Origin: Scyliorhinus canicula
Taxonomy: Eukaryota
DNA: 64,000 nucleotides
Assembly (NCBI RefSeq): GCF_902713615.1
Contig: NC_052157.1
Location: 17,408,566 to 17,472,565 of the forward strand
Direction of reading: 5' to 3'
Under the pieces are notes generated by a model. The model was given only the letters and a program-made list of their open reading frames with translations, was not told the origin of the DNA and made no database searches. Both the position numbers and the translations under genes were made by a program. Positions within the stretch are counted from its first letter, which is position 1, and every line of letters begins with the position of its first letter. This document shows, piece after piece, positions 1-11,725 of the stretch.

Positions 1-2387
1 TAGCCACCCACAGCAGGCAGTACAGCCTGCAGGATAGGGTATTTATCAGAACGGAGGTCCGAAGGTGCTCAATAAGGCCAGTAACAGTCCCTGGAGAGCT
101 CAGGTGGTGGTCGTCAAGACCGGTGAAAATTCCGCATGGTCATCGATTATAGCCAGACCATCAATCGCTTTACGCTCCTAGACGTGTATCCCCTCCCCAG
201 AATTGCAGACATGGTCAATATCGGGTATTTTCCACGGTGGATCTGAAGTCTGCATACCACCAGCTCCCAATCCGCCCGGAGGACTGCCACTACACGGTGT
301 TCGAGGCCGATGGCCGCCTCTTCCATTTCCTCCGGGTTCCCTTCGACGTCACTAATGGGGTTTTGGTGTTCCAACGAGCAATGGACCGAATGGTCGACCA
401 GTACGGGCTGCGGGCCATGTTTCCGTATCTGGATAATGTTACCATCTGCTGCCATGACCAGCAGGACCACGACACCAACCTCCACCGTTTTCTCCAGACG
501 GCCCAAAAATTAAACCTTACATATAACAAGGAGAAATGCGTGTTCTGCACAAACAGACTAGCCATCCTCGGCTACGTCGTGGAGAACGGAGTCCTGGGCC
601 CAGACCCGGACCGCATGGGCCCCCTCTTAGAACTCCCCCTCCCCCATGGCCCTATGGCCCTCAAACGGTGCTTGGGGCTCTTTTTGTACTACGCCCACTG
701 TGTCCCCCAATATGCGGACAAAGCCCGCCCACTCTTCAAGGCCACAATATTTCCCCTGTCTGCTGAGGCGCGCCAGGCCTTCAGCTGCATCAGGGACGAC
801 ATCGCCAAAGCAGCCATGCGGGCGGTGGATGAATCCACTCCCTTTCAGGTTGAGAGCGACGTCTCAGAGGTAGCGCTAGCAGCCACTTTAAACCAAGCAG
901 GGCGGCCCGTTGCATTTTTCTCCCGTACCCTATCCGCTTCAGAACTCCGACACTCCTCAGTCGAGAAGGAAGCACAAGCCATCGTGGAGGCTGTCCGACA
1001 CTGGAGGCACTACCTTGCAGGTAGGAGGTTCACCCTCATTACCGACCAACGGTCGGTCGCCTTCATGTTCGACAACTCGCAAAGGGGCAAAATTAAAAAT
1101 GACAACATTCTTCGGTGGAGGATTGAACTCTCTGCCTACAATTACGATATCAAATATCGACCGGGGAAGCTCAACGAGCCCTCGGATGCCCTATCCTGCG
1201 GGACATGCGCCAGCGCGCAAATCAGCCGCCTAAAAGCCATCCACGATGACCTCTGCCACCCAGGGGTCACCCGGCTCGCCCACTACATCAGAGCCCGTAA
1301 CCTGCCTTTCTCCAACGAAGAGGTAAAAGCGGTCACCAGGGACTGCCCGATCTGTGCGGAGTGCAAACAGCACTTCTATAGACCAGACAAGGCCCACCTG
1401 GTCAAGGCTTCTAGGCCCTTTGAACGCCTTGCGATCGATTTCAAAGGGCCACTCCCATCCACTAACAAAAACATTTACTTCCTTAACATTATTGACGAGT
1501 TCTCCCGATTCCCTTTTGCCATCCCATGCCCCGATATGACCTCCCACAGTCATTAGGGCCCTGCATAGTGTCTTCACCCTGTTCGGTTTCCCCAGCTACG
1601 TGCTCAGCGACCGGGGTGCGTCCTTTATGTGTGACGAGCTGCGTCAGTACCTGCTCGACAAGGGCATCGCCTCGAGCAGGACTACCAGTTACAACCCCGG
1701 GGGAACGGACAGGTGGAGAGGGAGAACGCGACGGTCTGGAAGACCGTCCTACTGACCCTCAGGTCCAGGAAGCTCCAAGTTTCCCAATGGCAGGAAGTCC
1801 TCCCTGACGCGCTCCACGTAATTAGATACCTCCTGTGTACAGCTACCAACCAAACCCCCCACAAGCGGCTCTTCATTTTTTCCATGGGCACTACCACAGG
1901 GGTCTCACTTCCGGCGTGGCTGAGGATGCCAGGCCCGGTTCTCCTAAGGAAGCACGTCAGGGCGCACAAGACCGACCCCATTGTTGAAAAGGTGCGCCTG
2001 CTTCATTCCAACCCACAGTACGCATTTGTTGAGTTCCCAGACGGCTGTCAGGACACAGTATCTCTCCGGCACCTGGCACCCGCTGGATCCAGCCCCCCAT
2101 CTACCCCCACTGAGGAACTCCTTTCCCCGTTCCCTATGCGGCCACACCCTTGCGCCCCCGATTCTACGAGCTCACCAAACAAGTCCCGAGCGCCAGCACC
2201 AGCCCGCCCCCCGCGCCCCCAGTTTCCATTCGACCAGGAGGTGTATGAGGCTCGGACAAGACTCACCCCGGAGCCACCAACCGTACCCCAGACCTCGACG
2301 CCCGCCCAGCCACAGCAAGAGGCTGCAACCCTGGTTCTCTGCAGATCAAAATGGACAATTCGTCCACCGGACAGACTGACTCTTTGA
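1..2387 (+). pseudogene. pol: Gypsy pol (RT, RNase H, integrase), frameshifted
   Basis: DLKSAYHQ, YLDN, RNase H SSVEKEAQAIV, integrase HHCC (HDDLCHPG...CPIC), IDFKGP, IIDEFSRF, SDRGASF, GQVERENA; frame breaks near 1550 and 1700. Confidence 0.9.
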
Positions 2388-2430
2388 GCCATCACCCCAG
2401 CCGGACTTGATTTTTTTAACAGGGGGTGAA

Positions 2431-2809
2431 TGTGGTGTGGTATATATAGTTGCCAATATCACTCCATGCATATATGTTCGTTATCTACCCGTTGTAAGAT
2501 CAATGCTGTATATAGTTGCCAATATAACTCCATGTATATATGTTCACTATCCACCATTGTAAGTGCAGTTGCACTATCCGACCACCTGGGGGAGTCGCTC
2601 TGGGAGTACGCGAGAGTTTGTACTGGGCTCCTCCCTTGGCTCCACCCAAGACTCCTCCCCCTGGGACCGATGTATAAAGATCAGTGCCTTAGAGCCAGCC
2701 TGCCAGTTCACCTGAAGTTCAACGACGAATAGGCTGGCTCTGTTGTAAGTGTTTTAAAGCCTCTGTTCAGATCCAACTACATGTGTTCGCTGAATTGATG
2801 GTTCCATCA
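2431..2809 (+). repeat. 3' LTR of the Gypsy element
   Basis: Starts TGTGGTG directly after the PPT, ends CCATCA; TATAAA at ~2673; internal ~65-bp tandem duplication at 2441-2563. Confidence 0.8.
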
Positions 2810-3016
2810 TGGAGTTCTCCCTGTGTTGGTGTGGGTTTTGCGCGGGTGCTCTGGTTTCCTCTCACAAGTCCCGAAAGAAGAGCTGTAAGGTAATATGGAC
2901 ATTTTGAATTCTCCCTCTGTGTACACGAACAGGTGCCGGAGTGTGGCAACTTTGTTGCAGTAAGACTATTTATGACATTAATGTAAGATTACTTAATGAC
3001 AATAAAGATTATTATT
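2810..3016 (+). mobile_element. tRNA-derived SINE, 3' part, (ATT)n tail; interrupted by the Gypsy
   Basis: V-SINE-like core and tail ...gacaataaagattattatt shared with 43547-43840. Confidence 0.75.
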
Positions 3017-3384
3017 AACAATACAATCTTTTTTGAGCACCTTAAACAACATTCATTGACATTCCACTATCCACGATTTTCATTACCTCAACAAATCCAA
3101 GCAGCTTTGTCAGTGTGACTTTGTCTTTAGAAATCTATGCTGGTTCTCACGGATCAGCTGGAAGTTGGAAAGGCGTCTGTCACACTCTCTTTAATAAGGG
3201 ACGTTAGTAATTGTCCTGTAAACTTCCCGAGTATACTTTTCTGGTTTCCCTCTCTCACCTTTCTTATGCCATTTCCAATCTAAAAGAACGGTTCCTGAAA
3301 AAAGAGAACTTTGGAAGGTTGTAGTTAGGACGTCTGCACACAGAAGTTAAAAACATAGGTGTAAATCACACCCCAGTCTGTGTA

Positions 3385-3600
3385 TTCACTTAACTTGTAG
3401 CTTATAATTTTTCTTCTCAAGTGATTATAATCATCCACTTACTAATGAGGACCAACCAAATGCTGTAGCAAATCTTGTATTCTGCAGTCGGTGAGATATG
3501 AACAAATGTAAGAGTATTGTACTTTAATCCAACGAACAGTCCAAAGTCTAAGTCCGTTTCTGATTGTGTAACATTCTGTTTAATAATTGTGTAAGTTGTC
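3385..3600 (-). promoter_or_regulatory. Putative UGT promoter and non-coding exon 1 (copy 1), for a paralogue off the left edge
   Basis: GTAAGT donor at 3442-3437; DR1/HNF4-like AGTCCAAAGTCTA at 3538-3550; homologous to modules at 44.1 kb and 59.9 kb. Confidence 0.55.
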
Positions 3601-3783
3601 AAGTGACCTGTTACTCATGTTTTGCGATGATGTTTCTTTTGGCATGGAAAACATATAATCCAAGTGGTCCTTTCCACCTGAGTCCTCACTGACTTGAGAA
3701 TTAAACCATGGAATTTAATTTCCAGAATGGTCCATTTTCATTGGAAGTGCAATGCAGATTAACAGTGCAAGGGCAAAACTCTT

Positions 3784-4090
3784 TAATAATAATAATAATC
3801 TTCATTGTCATAAGCAGACTGACGTTAACACTGCAATGAAGTTACTGTGAAAAGCCCCCAGTCGCCACATTCCGGCGCCTGTTTGGGGTACACAGAGGGA
3901 GAATTCAGAATGTCCAATTCACCTAACCAGCTCGTCTTTCGGGACTTGTGGGAGGAAACCGGATCACCCGGAGGAAACCCACACAGACACTGGGAGAACA
4001 TGCAGACTTTGCACAGACAGTGACCCAAGTGGGTATCGAACCCGGTCCCTGGTGCTGTGAAGCAGCAGTGCTAACCACTGTGTTACTGTG
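3784..4090 (-). mobile_element. tRNA-derived SINE, (ATT)n tail
   Basis: tRNA-like head, V-SINE-like core, tail ...gacaatgaagattattatt. Confidence 0.85.
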
Positions 4091-4772
4091 CATCGTTCCT
4101 TCACTGGCGTTGGGTCAAAATCCTGGAACTCCCTCCCTAAGAGCACTGTGGGTGTTCCTACAACAATGGATTGTAGCGGTTCAAGAAGGCAGCGCACCAC
4201 CACCTTCTCAAGGGAATTAAGAATGGTCGATAAAACCACTCACATCCACTTCCCTTGAATGAATAAAAAGAATCCTAAATCATTTAGCCTTTCAAAACAC
4301 TAATGTAAATATCCCTGAACAAATTATTTGAAATGTTTCAAGGTGGCTCCACTGCTGAGCCGTTCCATCTTTTCCTTTTTTTCTCCCAATTTCCTCCTGT
4401 CCATTTTTTAAATTCTCCTGGCTCTATCTAATTTCAATTTCAAGCTTCAAGCCACAAGTTCACCTGTGTTCAGTGTCCAGCCGTCAATCATGCTCCAGCC
4501 GCTAATCATACTTACGCTTTGTTTTAATTGGTGAGTTCATATTCCTGGACCTCTGCCGTTAAGCCCATGCTATTCCACTGCACGACTAAGATTGAGCTGT
4601 GGTGGCAACGCACTTCCACACGTTTTTGCCGAGTCTACTGCCAAAACCCCATCATTGCAGTTATCTGCTGAGCTATTTAGAATCTATATGAATGACTTAA
4701 TATGAGGGAAGTGAGTACATTTCAGCCACATTAGCTGACAATACAAAGATAGGTCAGGAAGCAAGTTCCAAC

Positions 4773-5903
4773 AGAACAAGAACAAAGAAAAAAGAAAATT
4801 ACAGCATAGGAACAGGCCCATTGGCCCTCCCAGCCGGCGCCAATCCAGATCCTTTATCTAAACATGTCGCCTATTTTCCAAGGATCTACTTCCCTCTGTT
4901 CGCCGTCCGTTCATATATCTGTCTAGATGCATCTTAAATGATGCAATCGCGCCCGCCTCTACCACCTCCGCTGGCAAAGCGTTCCAGGCACCCACCACCC
5001 TCTGCGTAAAAAACATTCCACGCACATCTCCCTTCAACTTTCCCCCTCTCACCTTGAAATCGTGACCCCTTTTAATTGACAGCTCCACTCTTGGAAAAAG
5101 CTTGTTGCTGTCCACCTTGTCCATACCTCTCATAATTTTGTATACCTCAATCAGCTCCCCCCTCAACCTCCGTCTTTCCAACAAAAACAATCCTAATCTA
5201 CTCAACCTTTCTTCATAGCTAGCACCCTCCATACCAGGCACCATCCTGGTGAACCTCCTCTGCACCCTCTCTAAAGCATCCACATCCGTCTGATAATGTG
5301 GCGACCAGAATTGCATGCAATATTCCAAATGTGGCCTAACCAAAGTCCTATACAACTGTAACATGACCTGCCGACTCTTGTACTCAATATCCTGTCCAAT
5401 GAAGGCAAGCATGCTGTATGCCTTCTTGACCACTCTATCGACCTGCGTTGCCACCTTCAGGGTAAATGGACCTGAACTCCCAGATCTCTCTGTACATCAA
5501 TTTTCCCTAGGACTCTTCTATTGACCGTATAGTCCGCTCTTGAATTAGATCTTCCAAAATGCATCACCTCGCATTTGCCTGGATTGAACTCCATCTGCCA
5601 TTTCTCTGCCCAACTCTCCAATCCAGCTATATTTTGCTGTATTCTCTGACAGTCCTCCTCGCTATCTGCAACTCCACCAATCTTAGTATCATCTGCAAAC
5701 TTGCTAATCAGACCACCTATACCTTCCTCCAGATCATTTATGTATATCACAAACAACAGTGGTCCGATCACGGATCCCTGTGGAACACCAGTAGTCACCT
5801 TTCTCCATTTTGAGACACTCCCTTCCCCCACTACTCTCTGTCTCCTGTTGCCCAGCCAGTTCTTTATCCATCTAGCTAGTACACCCTTAACCCCACACGA
5901 CTT
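4773..5903 (-). mobile_element. CR1 LINE, 5'-truncated (RT C-terminus and 3'UTR)
   Basis: GVPQGSVIGPLLFVIYINDL, SKFADDTK, LVRPHLEYC, LERRRLRG, FFTQRVV; short microsatellite tail. Confidence 0.92.
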
Positions 5904-6484
5904 CACGGGCACCGGAGAATCGGCGTGAATCGTGCGCGTGGAGTCTACGCGGCGCGGGTAGGGGGCCATTGACAGAGGCCCTCGCAGCGATTCTGTGAGG
6001 ACAACTGGCCGAGTTCCCGGCGGCGTGGTTCTAACCACCTATTGCCGTTCGGGAAGCTCACATGGCGGCTGTGGGCTCAGTCCGCGACAGCCCTGGTGGG
6101 GGGCGGGGGATTGTACACCGGGGGGGGGGGGGGCCTTATAGGCAGCCGGGGGAAAGATTGGCGCGGTCAGATCTTTGGGCGCGCAGCTAATCGGGGGGGG
6201 GGGGGGGGGGGGAGCCTACATTCTTTATCTGCCTCCGTGGTCCGAGTCCGTCATGGCACTCGGCGCGGCTGCTGGAGGCCGCCGCCATGCGCATGCGCGG
6301 ACTCAAAACCGGAAATGCGGGGGCCCGTATCCGCAGCTAAAGCTGCGTGAACTATTCTGGCTCTCTGCTAGCCCCTTTCAGGTCAGTGAATCAGCTCATC
6401 TTTTTCCAAGGAACCTTGAGGATAAAACACCAGCCTTTTTACGCTGGCGTGGGGATATAGTCCCATTTTGGGAGAATTCAGCCT
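5904..6484. mobile_element. GC-rich Harbinger-type MITE, one end lost
   Basis: Right end GGAGAATTCAGCC resembles the Harbinger TIR; internal GCGCATGCGC motif shared with the other MITEs. Confidence 0.6.
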
Positions 6485-7108
6485 TGATGTCCGGAATTGG
6501 GATCAAATGCAGGTTTCAACTTTGTACGGGAAGAGTTCCCATTCATGATTGTGACTTGTTTGGTCAATTGTTGGCCAAAAGACATGCTTGCCATCCAGTT
6601 AAGGTTGGCAGGCAGGCTCCTGAAGCTGGAGGGCCAACAGGAGTCTTGTCATTGTTTCAGTCTTAACTGACCCTTAGTTAAGCTTGCAGCTTTCCCCTCA
6701 GCCTCTCTTGGCATTGTCCGAAAGGCACAACAAGGTTTACATCTCTGCTCCTGAGTTCCAGGTTCCCCCATGAAAGGCAAACATCCTCTCATTATTGATC
6801 TCAGAAACTTGGCTCATGTGTGATGTCCCAGTCCTTTTTAATGAAGCCTTGACAACAGGCTATGCCTTCCACCATTTGCCCAATCCACAGTGGGATGAGG
6901 CCCATGTGGCCCTTATCACCAAGTTCCACCTTGATCTGTCCTGATTCTCCTCTGGCACCTCCTGCTCTTCACCCACCTTCTCCATCCCCTCACCTCACCG
7001 ATAAACTTGATGTTCTCTTCTGCCCAATGACTGACCATGGCAAATTGTTCACACAGGTGACTTCACTAGTTTCCTCCCTGAGCCTCTTGCGCTGTGCCTT
7101 CTAGAACT

Positions 7109-7451
7109 ATAGAATTTCTGCAGTGCAGAATGAGGCCATTCAGCCCATCGTGTCTTCACTGACGTTCTGAAAGAGCACCCTACCTAGGCCCACCACCATC
7201 CCGCCCCCTACCATATCCCCATAACTCCTCCGAACCGATGCATCCTTGGAAGCTAAGGGACAATTTAGCATGGACAACCCACTTAACCGGCACATCTTTG
7301 GACCGTGTGAGGAAATTGCAGCACCCAAAGAAATCCCACACAGATACGGGGAGAAAGTGCAGGCAGCACACAGTCACCCAAGGCCAGAATTGAACCCGGG
7401 TCTCTGGCGGCGTGAGGCTGAGGTGTTAACTATGGTGCCAACTTGCCACCC
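7109..7451 (-). mobile_element. HE1-like V-SINE, CR1-type tail, diverged
   Basis: tRNA-like head, core, tail ...ctgcactgcagaaattctat. Confidence 0.8.
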
Positions 7452-7620
7452 ATCCTCAATCTTCGCATCCTCAATGATTTCAACTTTCATCTCAACTCAT
7501 CATGCCCTCTCTCCTTCGAGGACACTGCCTTCTTTCCTCCCTTAATCCTTCCTTCCACACAATCTCCTTTAAACCATGTGCGCATACATTCTCTTGACCT
7601 TGTCATGTCTTGAGTCACTC

Positions 7621-7957
7621 ACATAGAACATAGAACAGTACAGCACGGAACAGGCCCTTCGGCCCTCGATGTTGTGCCGAGCCATGATCACCCTACTCAA
7701 ACCCACGTATCCACCCTATACCCGTAACCCAACAAACCCCCTCAACCTTACTTTTTAGGACACTACGGGCAATTTAGCTTGGCCAATCCACCTAACCCAC
7801 ACATCTTTGGACTGTGGGAGGAAACCGGAGCACCCGGAGGAAACCCACGCACACACGGGGAGGACGTGCAGACTCCGCACAGACAGTGACCCAGCCGGGA
7901 ATCGAACCTGGGACCCTGGAGCTGTGAAGCATTTATGCTAACCACCATGCTACCGTG
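7621..7957 (-). mobile_element. HE1-like V-SINE, (TTCTATG)n tail variant
   Basis: Nearly identical to 49260-49578; tail ...gggccgaagggcctg...ttctatg. Confidence 0.88.
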
Positions 7958-8057
7958 AGTTGTGACCATTCCTGATCACTTCCCTGTATCGCTCTCCACT
8001 CATTATCCAATTTCCTTCTCCAAACGCCATTTCCTTCTCTGCCCATCCCTGAAAAAT

Positions 8058-8607
8058 AGGCCGGTATTCTACGAGCTTCAGCGCTGAAATGGCGCTCGGC
8101 GCCTAAGCGGAGAATGGGGCCTCACCAGCCTAGTTCCAGCCGGTGTGGTTCACGTAAGGTTCCACCCGGCGGGGGCTCAGCATCGTGGCTGCGGTGCTGT
8201 CCTGGTGGGGGGGGGGGGGCAGGGGGATCAGTCTCAGGCGGGGGCCTCCACGATGGCCAGGCCCGTGATCGGGGGCCACCGATCGGCGGGTGCCCGCGCG
8301 ATCGGGTGGGGGGGGGGGGCCTACCATCTTCCGCGCTGGCCCGCTGTGTGGCTCCACCATTTTGTGAGGTGTCGGCGCGGAAACGGCCGCCGCAAGCATG
8401 CGTGGACCTGCGGCCGGCCGCCACACGCATGTGCGGACCTGTGGCCTGCGTACAGTGGCTGGAGCAGCGTGGAGCACTCCGGTGACGTGCTGGTCCCCTG
8501 TGAGCCACGGAATCACTGGGCCAAGAGGCCCGTTTACGCCGGCGTGAAACACTCCGGTGTTTAAGCCGGCGTCAACACTCAGCCGCGTTTTTGGGGAATC
8601 ACGGCCC
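8058..8607. mobile_element. GC-rich Harbinger-type MITE
   Basis: Imperfect TIRs aggccggtattct...ggggaatcacggccc; subterminal palindrome acgccggcgtgaaacac...gtgtttaagccggcgt. Confidence 0.65.
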
Positions 8608-10072
8608 TAATTCCCCTAATTGCTTGGCCTTTGACCCTCTATTCACCAATATGCTCAGCCATATCCTCACCTTCACTTTTGCTACCCTTGCTCCCTCACC
8701 TTGATCATTCTGTGGTACCCAGAACTGGTCACAATATTCCAGTTGGGGTTGAACCATGGTTTAATAAAAGTTCACCATAACCTCCTTTCTTTTCATTCGT
8801 TCATGGAATGTTGCCATCACTGGCTGGGTCTGCATTTATTGCCCATCCCTGAGGGCATTTAAGAGACAACCACATTGCTGTGGATGTGGAGTCACATGTA
8901 GGCCTGACCAGGTAAGGATGACAGATTCCCTTCCCGAAAGGATATGAGTAAACCAGATGGGTTTTTACGACAATCGACAATGGTTTCATGGTCATTATTA
9001 GACTCCTAATTCCAGGTTTATTTTTTTTATTGAATTCAAATTGCACCATCCACCATGGCAGGATTAGAACCTAGGTCTCCAGAGCATGGCTCTTTGGCTT
9101 TGGATTACGAGTCCATTGACAACACCACTGTACCACTGCCTCTCCTATTGCTCTGTACTCCATGCCTCTATCTATGAAGTCCAAGATCCTGTATGTCTTT
9201 TGAACCACTTTCTCAACCTGACCTGCACATTCAAGGATTTGTGCACAAATGCCCCCAGATTCCTCTGCTTCTGTTAGCTACTCTGGAATTGTAACCTTCA
9301 TTTTCTATTGCCTCTTTTGTACCTCCCAACAAAATGCTCACTGAAACTGTCTGAATCAATTGGTCCAAATTACACAACAACTCTCTATTAGGATCCATGT
9401 GTGAAAAAGCTCGCTTCTACATGTCAAAATCACCAAAAGGCAGACAGACAAATCATGCAGTAACATTTCTTTATTAATATATGTGACTATATAAGTAACA
9501 GTATTTTACAATCAGAAGTCATGGTATTCCATTCTTGAGCAATGAGGGGATAACACCCAAGATGAATATCAAATGATCCTGGCAGCAGCTGAGGAAATAT
9601 TTCCTGGCTATGGCATGGCTCACTAACTCACCAAAACCAGTGGGACATTTGGTAAAGAAACCAGACATGCTGACAAACCCATGGTGAGCTGTGGTGGATA
9701 TCGTTATTGATTCGAGAGCGGGGGTTAAAATCACTGTGGGGGAAGAGTGTATCTGTCAGTGATTCCCAGAAATTTCACATTCTTACATTATGTTCTTGGC
9801 CACACGTGAATTAATGTGATGATTAGCTTTGAATAATACTTAAGAAAAAAACTTGTTGTTCTTTCATATAAAATTGTATGTAAGTACAGCAATTCCATGT
9901 CAATAACTGTACAAAAGAACTACTATTGACTGACATCCTTTGATATTTTGTTTCTTAAAATTCATGATAGAGTATCTAGAAAAGGCATTCCATGGATTTC
10001 CTGACTGCATTAAGCTCTCACTGTATAATTGGAGGAACTCAAAGAGGCGCTCCCAATTCGAAATAGTTAATC

Positions 10073-11683
10073 TCACTGAATCTTTTGTTTCTTCTTCCGA
10101 GCAATGGTACAAAGTCTGTTCAACAATAGAACTGTCAGCACTGTAACCATTAGGACCAGAGACAGCAGGAAAATCATCACATCTACACAATAGTAAGCAT
10201 ACCAGGGGAGTCGGTAAGATTCTGAGCGTAAATGTGCTGCACCTTTGTGTCGAGCAACATACTCAATCCAGAAAATGGCTCTCTCCATTGGAGAGTCTGG
10301 TTGATCCCTGTGGAGAGCAGAGAGTTTCTGCATGTTATCCCGATAAGACGTGTTGTTTATGACTTCGTGAAGTGCTTGCAAGAGATCTATTGGCTGCATG
10401 GCTGCGACATTAATCACTTTGGCTGCCCCTCGGGTTTCAAGTCTGAGTAAATTGTCAAACTGATCATAAAGCAGAGGGATGCCAACTACTGGCACCCCGT
10501 GATAGATGGCTTCATAAACTCCATTGGTGCCACCATGGGTAATGAATGCTCGTGTCTTGGGGTGCCCTAGAAGGTCATTCTGAGGGATCCATTTTGCTAG
10601 TAGCGTATTATTTCCTACGTTGGGAGGAATCTTTCCATCGTGTCTCCAAATAACTTTCTGAGGTACTTGAGCAAAGGCCTCTGCTATTTTCATTGTAATA
10701 TGCAATGGCAAAGAGCTGATAATGGTCCCCAGAGACATCACAATAATCCCATGTTCCCCTGAGGATTGGACAAACTCTTCAAACTCTGCTGCTAGAGGTT
10801 TGGATGGTTTACACTGGAATCCCCCAATGTAAACAATGTTTGGCATGGTGGGTCTCGGGAATTCAAATATAAAATCAACTCTCATCAGCCACACATCTGC
10901 TCTGAGGAGAATCGTCTCGATATCTGTGTCTGGGCCTAAATACTGATGGCAGAGTTCATTGTAAATGGGCTGAATAATAAATCTTGAAGCAGATAGTTGA
11001 AAAAGATTTAAGATGACATTTAGTGTTCTTTGTAGAAAACTCATTTTGTCTGTAAATTGAGATCCGATGATTGGGATATAGGAAGGTGGCGATGGGGCAG
11101 AGAGGAAATGAGCTTCCCCACTGATGAACCATCGAACATTATACACCAAAGGGAGTTTTAAATAATAAGCAAGGATTGGACCTGTGCCAAAAGCAGGATC
11201 AGTAAGTAGCAAGTCAAATTTTGCATCTTCAAGTTGCCTCAGCACTCCTTCAGTATTGAAAATTGCAATGGTGAACTCTCTAGCACAAGCGTGGTGTGAA
11301 TACATAGCAGACCATTTCTCATGTTCTTGCTGAACGAAGACCCATGGCATCAGACCATTGTTTAAGGCTGCCAATTTGTTTTGTAGATATCTTTGTATTA
11401 CTTTTTCAGTTTCATTCTTGCCAAGGCATTTTTGCATTTGAACCACAATGGATCGATAGAGATCAGACCTCTCCTTGGTGTACCAAGCTTCTGAGGAATG
11501 AACCACGGTGATACTGTGTCCATGAAGTTTCAGTCCTTCTATTAGAATTCTCATATTGATCCAGTGACTTCCATCAACAGGAACAACCAATATATTAGCC
11601 CCCTCGGTAATAGGACAAGACAGGGTGATGATGGTAAGGATACAAGCAGCCAGTAATTGACTTCTCCATCCAGAAGGCTCCAT
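10073..11683 (-). CDS. UDP-glucuronosyltransferase, single coding exon, UGT5-like (UGT2-related), 536 aa, intact
   Basis: Signal peptide, PVDGSHW with catalytic His, LLTDP, UDPGT signature WIPQNDLLGHPKTRAFITHGGTNGVYEAIYHGVPVVGIPLLYDQ, C-terminal TM helix and KKKQKIQ tail; ATG 11683 chosen because a splice acceptor conserved with the paralogue lies 25 nt upstream. Confidence 0.95.
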   Translation of the reverse strand: MEPSGWRSQLLAACILTIITLSCPITEGANILVVPVDGSHWINMRILIEGLKLHGHSITVVHSSEAWYTKERSDLYRSIVVQMQKCLGKNETEKVIQRYLQNKLAALNNGLMPWVFVQQEHEKWSAMYSHHACAREFTIAIFNTEGVLRQLEDAKFDLLLTDPAFGTGPILAYYLKLPLVYNVRWFISGEAHFLSAPSPPSYIPIIGSQFTDKMSFLQRTLNVILNLFQLSASRFIIQPIYNELCHQYLGPDTDIETILLRADVWLMRVDFIFEFPRPTMPNIVYIGGFQCKPSKPLAAEFEEFVQSSGEHGIIVMSLGTIISSLPLHITMKIAEAFAQVPQKVIWRHDGKIPPNVGNNTLLAKWIPQNDLLGHPKTRAFITHGGTNGVYEAIYHGVPVVGIPLLYDQFDNLLRLETRGAAKVINVAAMQPIDLLQALHEVINNTSYRDNMQKLSALHRDQPDSPMERAIFWIEYVARHKGAAHLRSESYRLPWYAYYCVDVMIFLLSLVLMVTVLTVLLLNRLCTIARKKKQKIQ

Positions 11684-11708
11684 ACTCAGAAGGACAGATA
11701 TCCAATTC

Positions 11709-11725
11709 CTATTGGAGAATCGAAT
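11709..11725 (-). promoter_or_regulatory. Splice acceptor of a 5'UTR intron (TTCTCCAATAG)
   Basis: Same motif (TTCTCCAACAG) sits exactly 25 nt before the ATG in the plus-strand paralogue. Confidence 0.7.

Larger units (their letters stand above)
1..2809 (+). mobile_element. Gypsy/Ty3 LTR retrotransposon, 3' part (pol, PPT, 3' LTR); degenerate, runs off the left edge
   Basis: RT-RNaseH-integrase order in ORFs 237-1556 and 1713-2387; PPT-like AACAGGGGGTGAA 2418-2430; LTR TG...CA 2431-2809; the right flank continues in the middle of a SINE. Confidence 0.93.
3027..4090 (-). repeat. Inverted segmental duplication, paired with 43547-44620 (UGT upstream region with shared SINE and old CR1 fragment)
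   Basis: Reverse complement aligns continuously with 43547-44620; ORFs 3417-3602(-) and 44022-44207(+) give nearly the same translation. Confidence 0.9.

Noticed and set aside
3417-3602. Duplicated 61-aa ORF (also 44022-44207) as a small protein
   Set aside because: Non-ATG start, no recognisable domain, runs through the predicted splice donor; the similarity is explained by DNA duplication.
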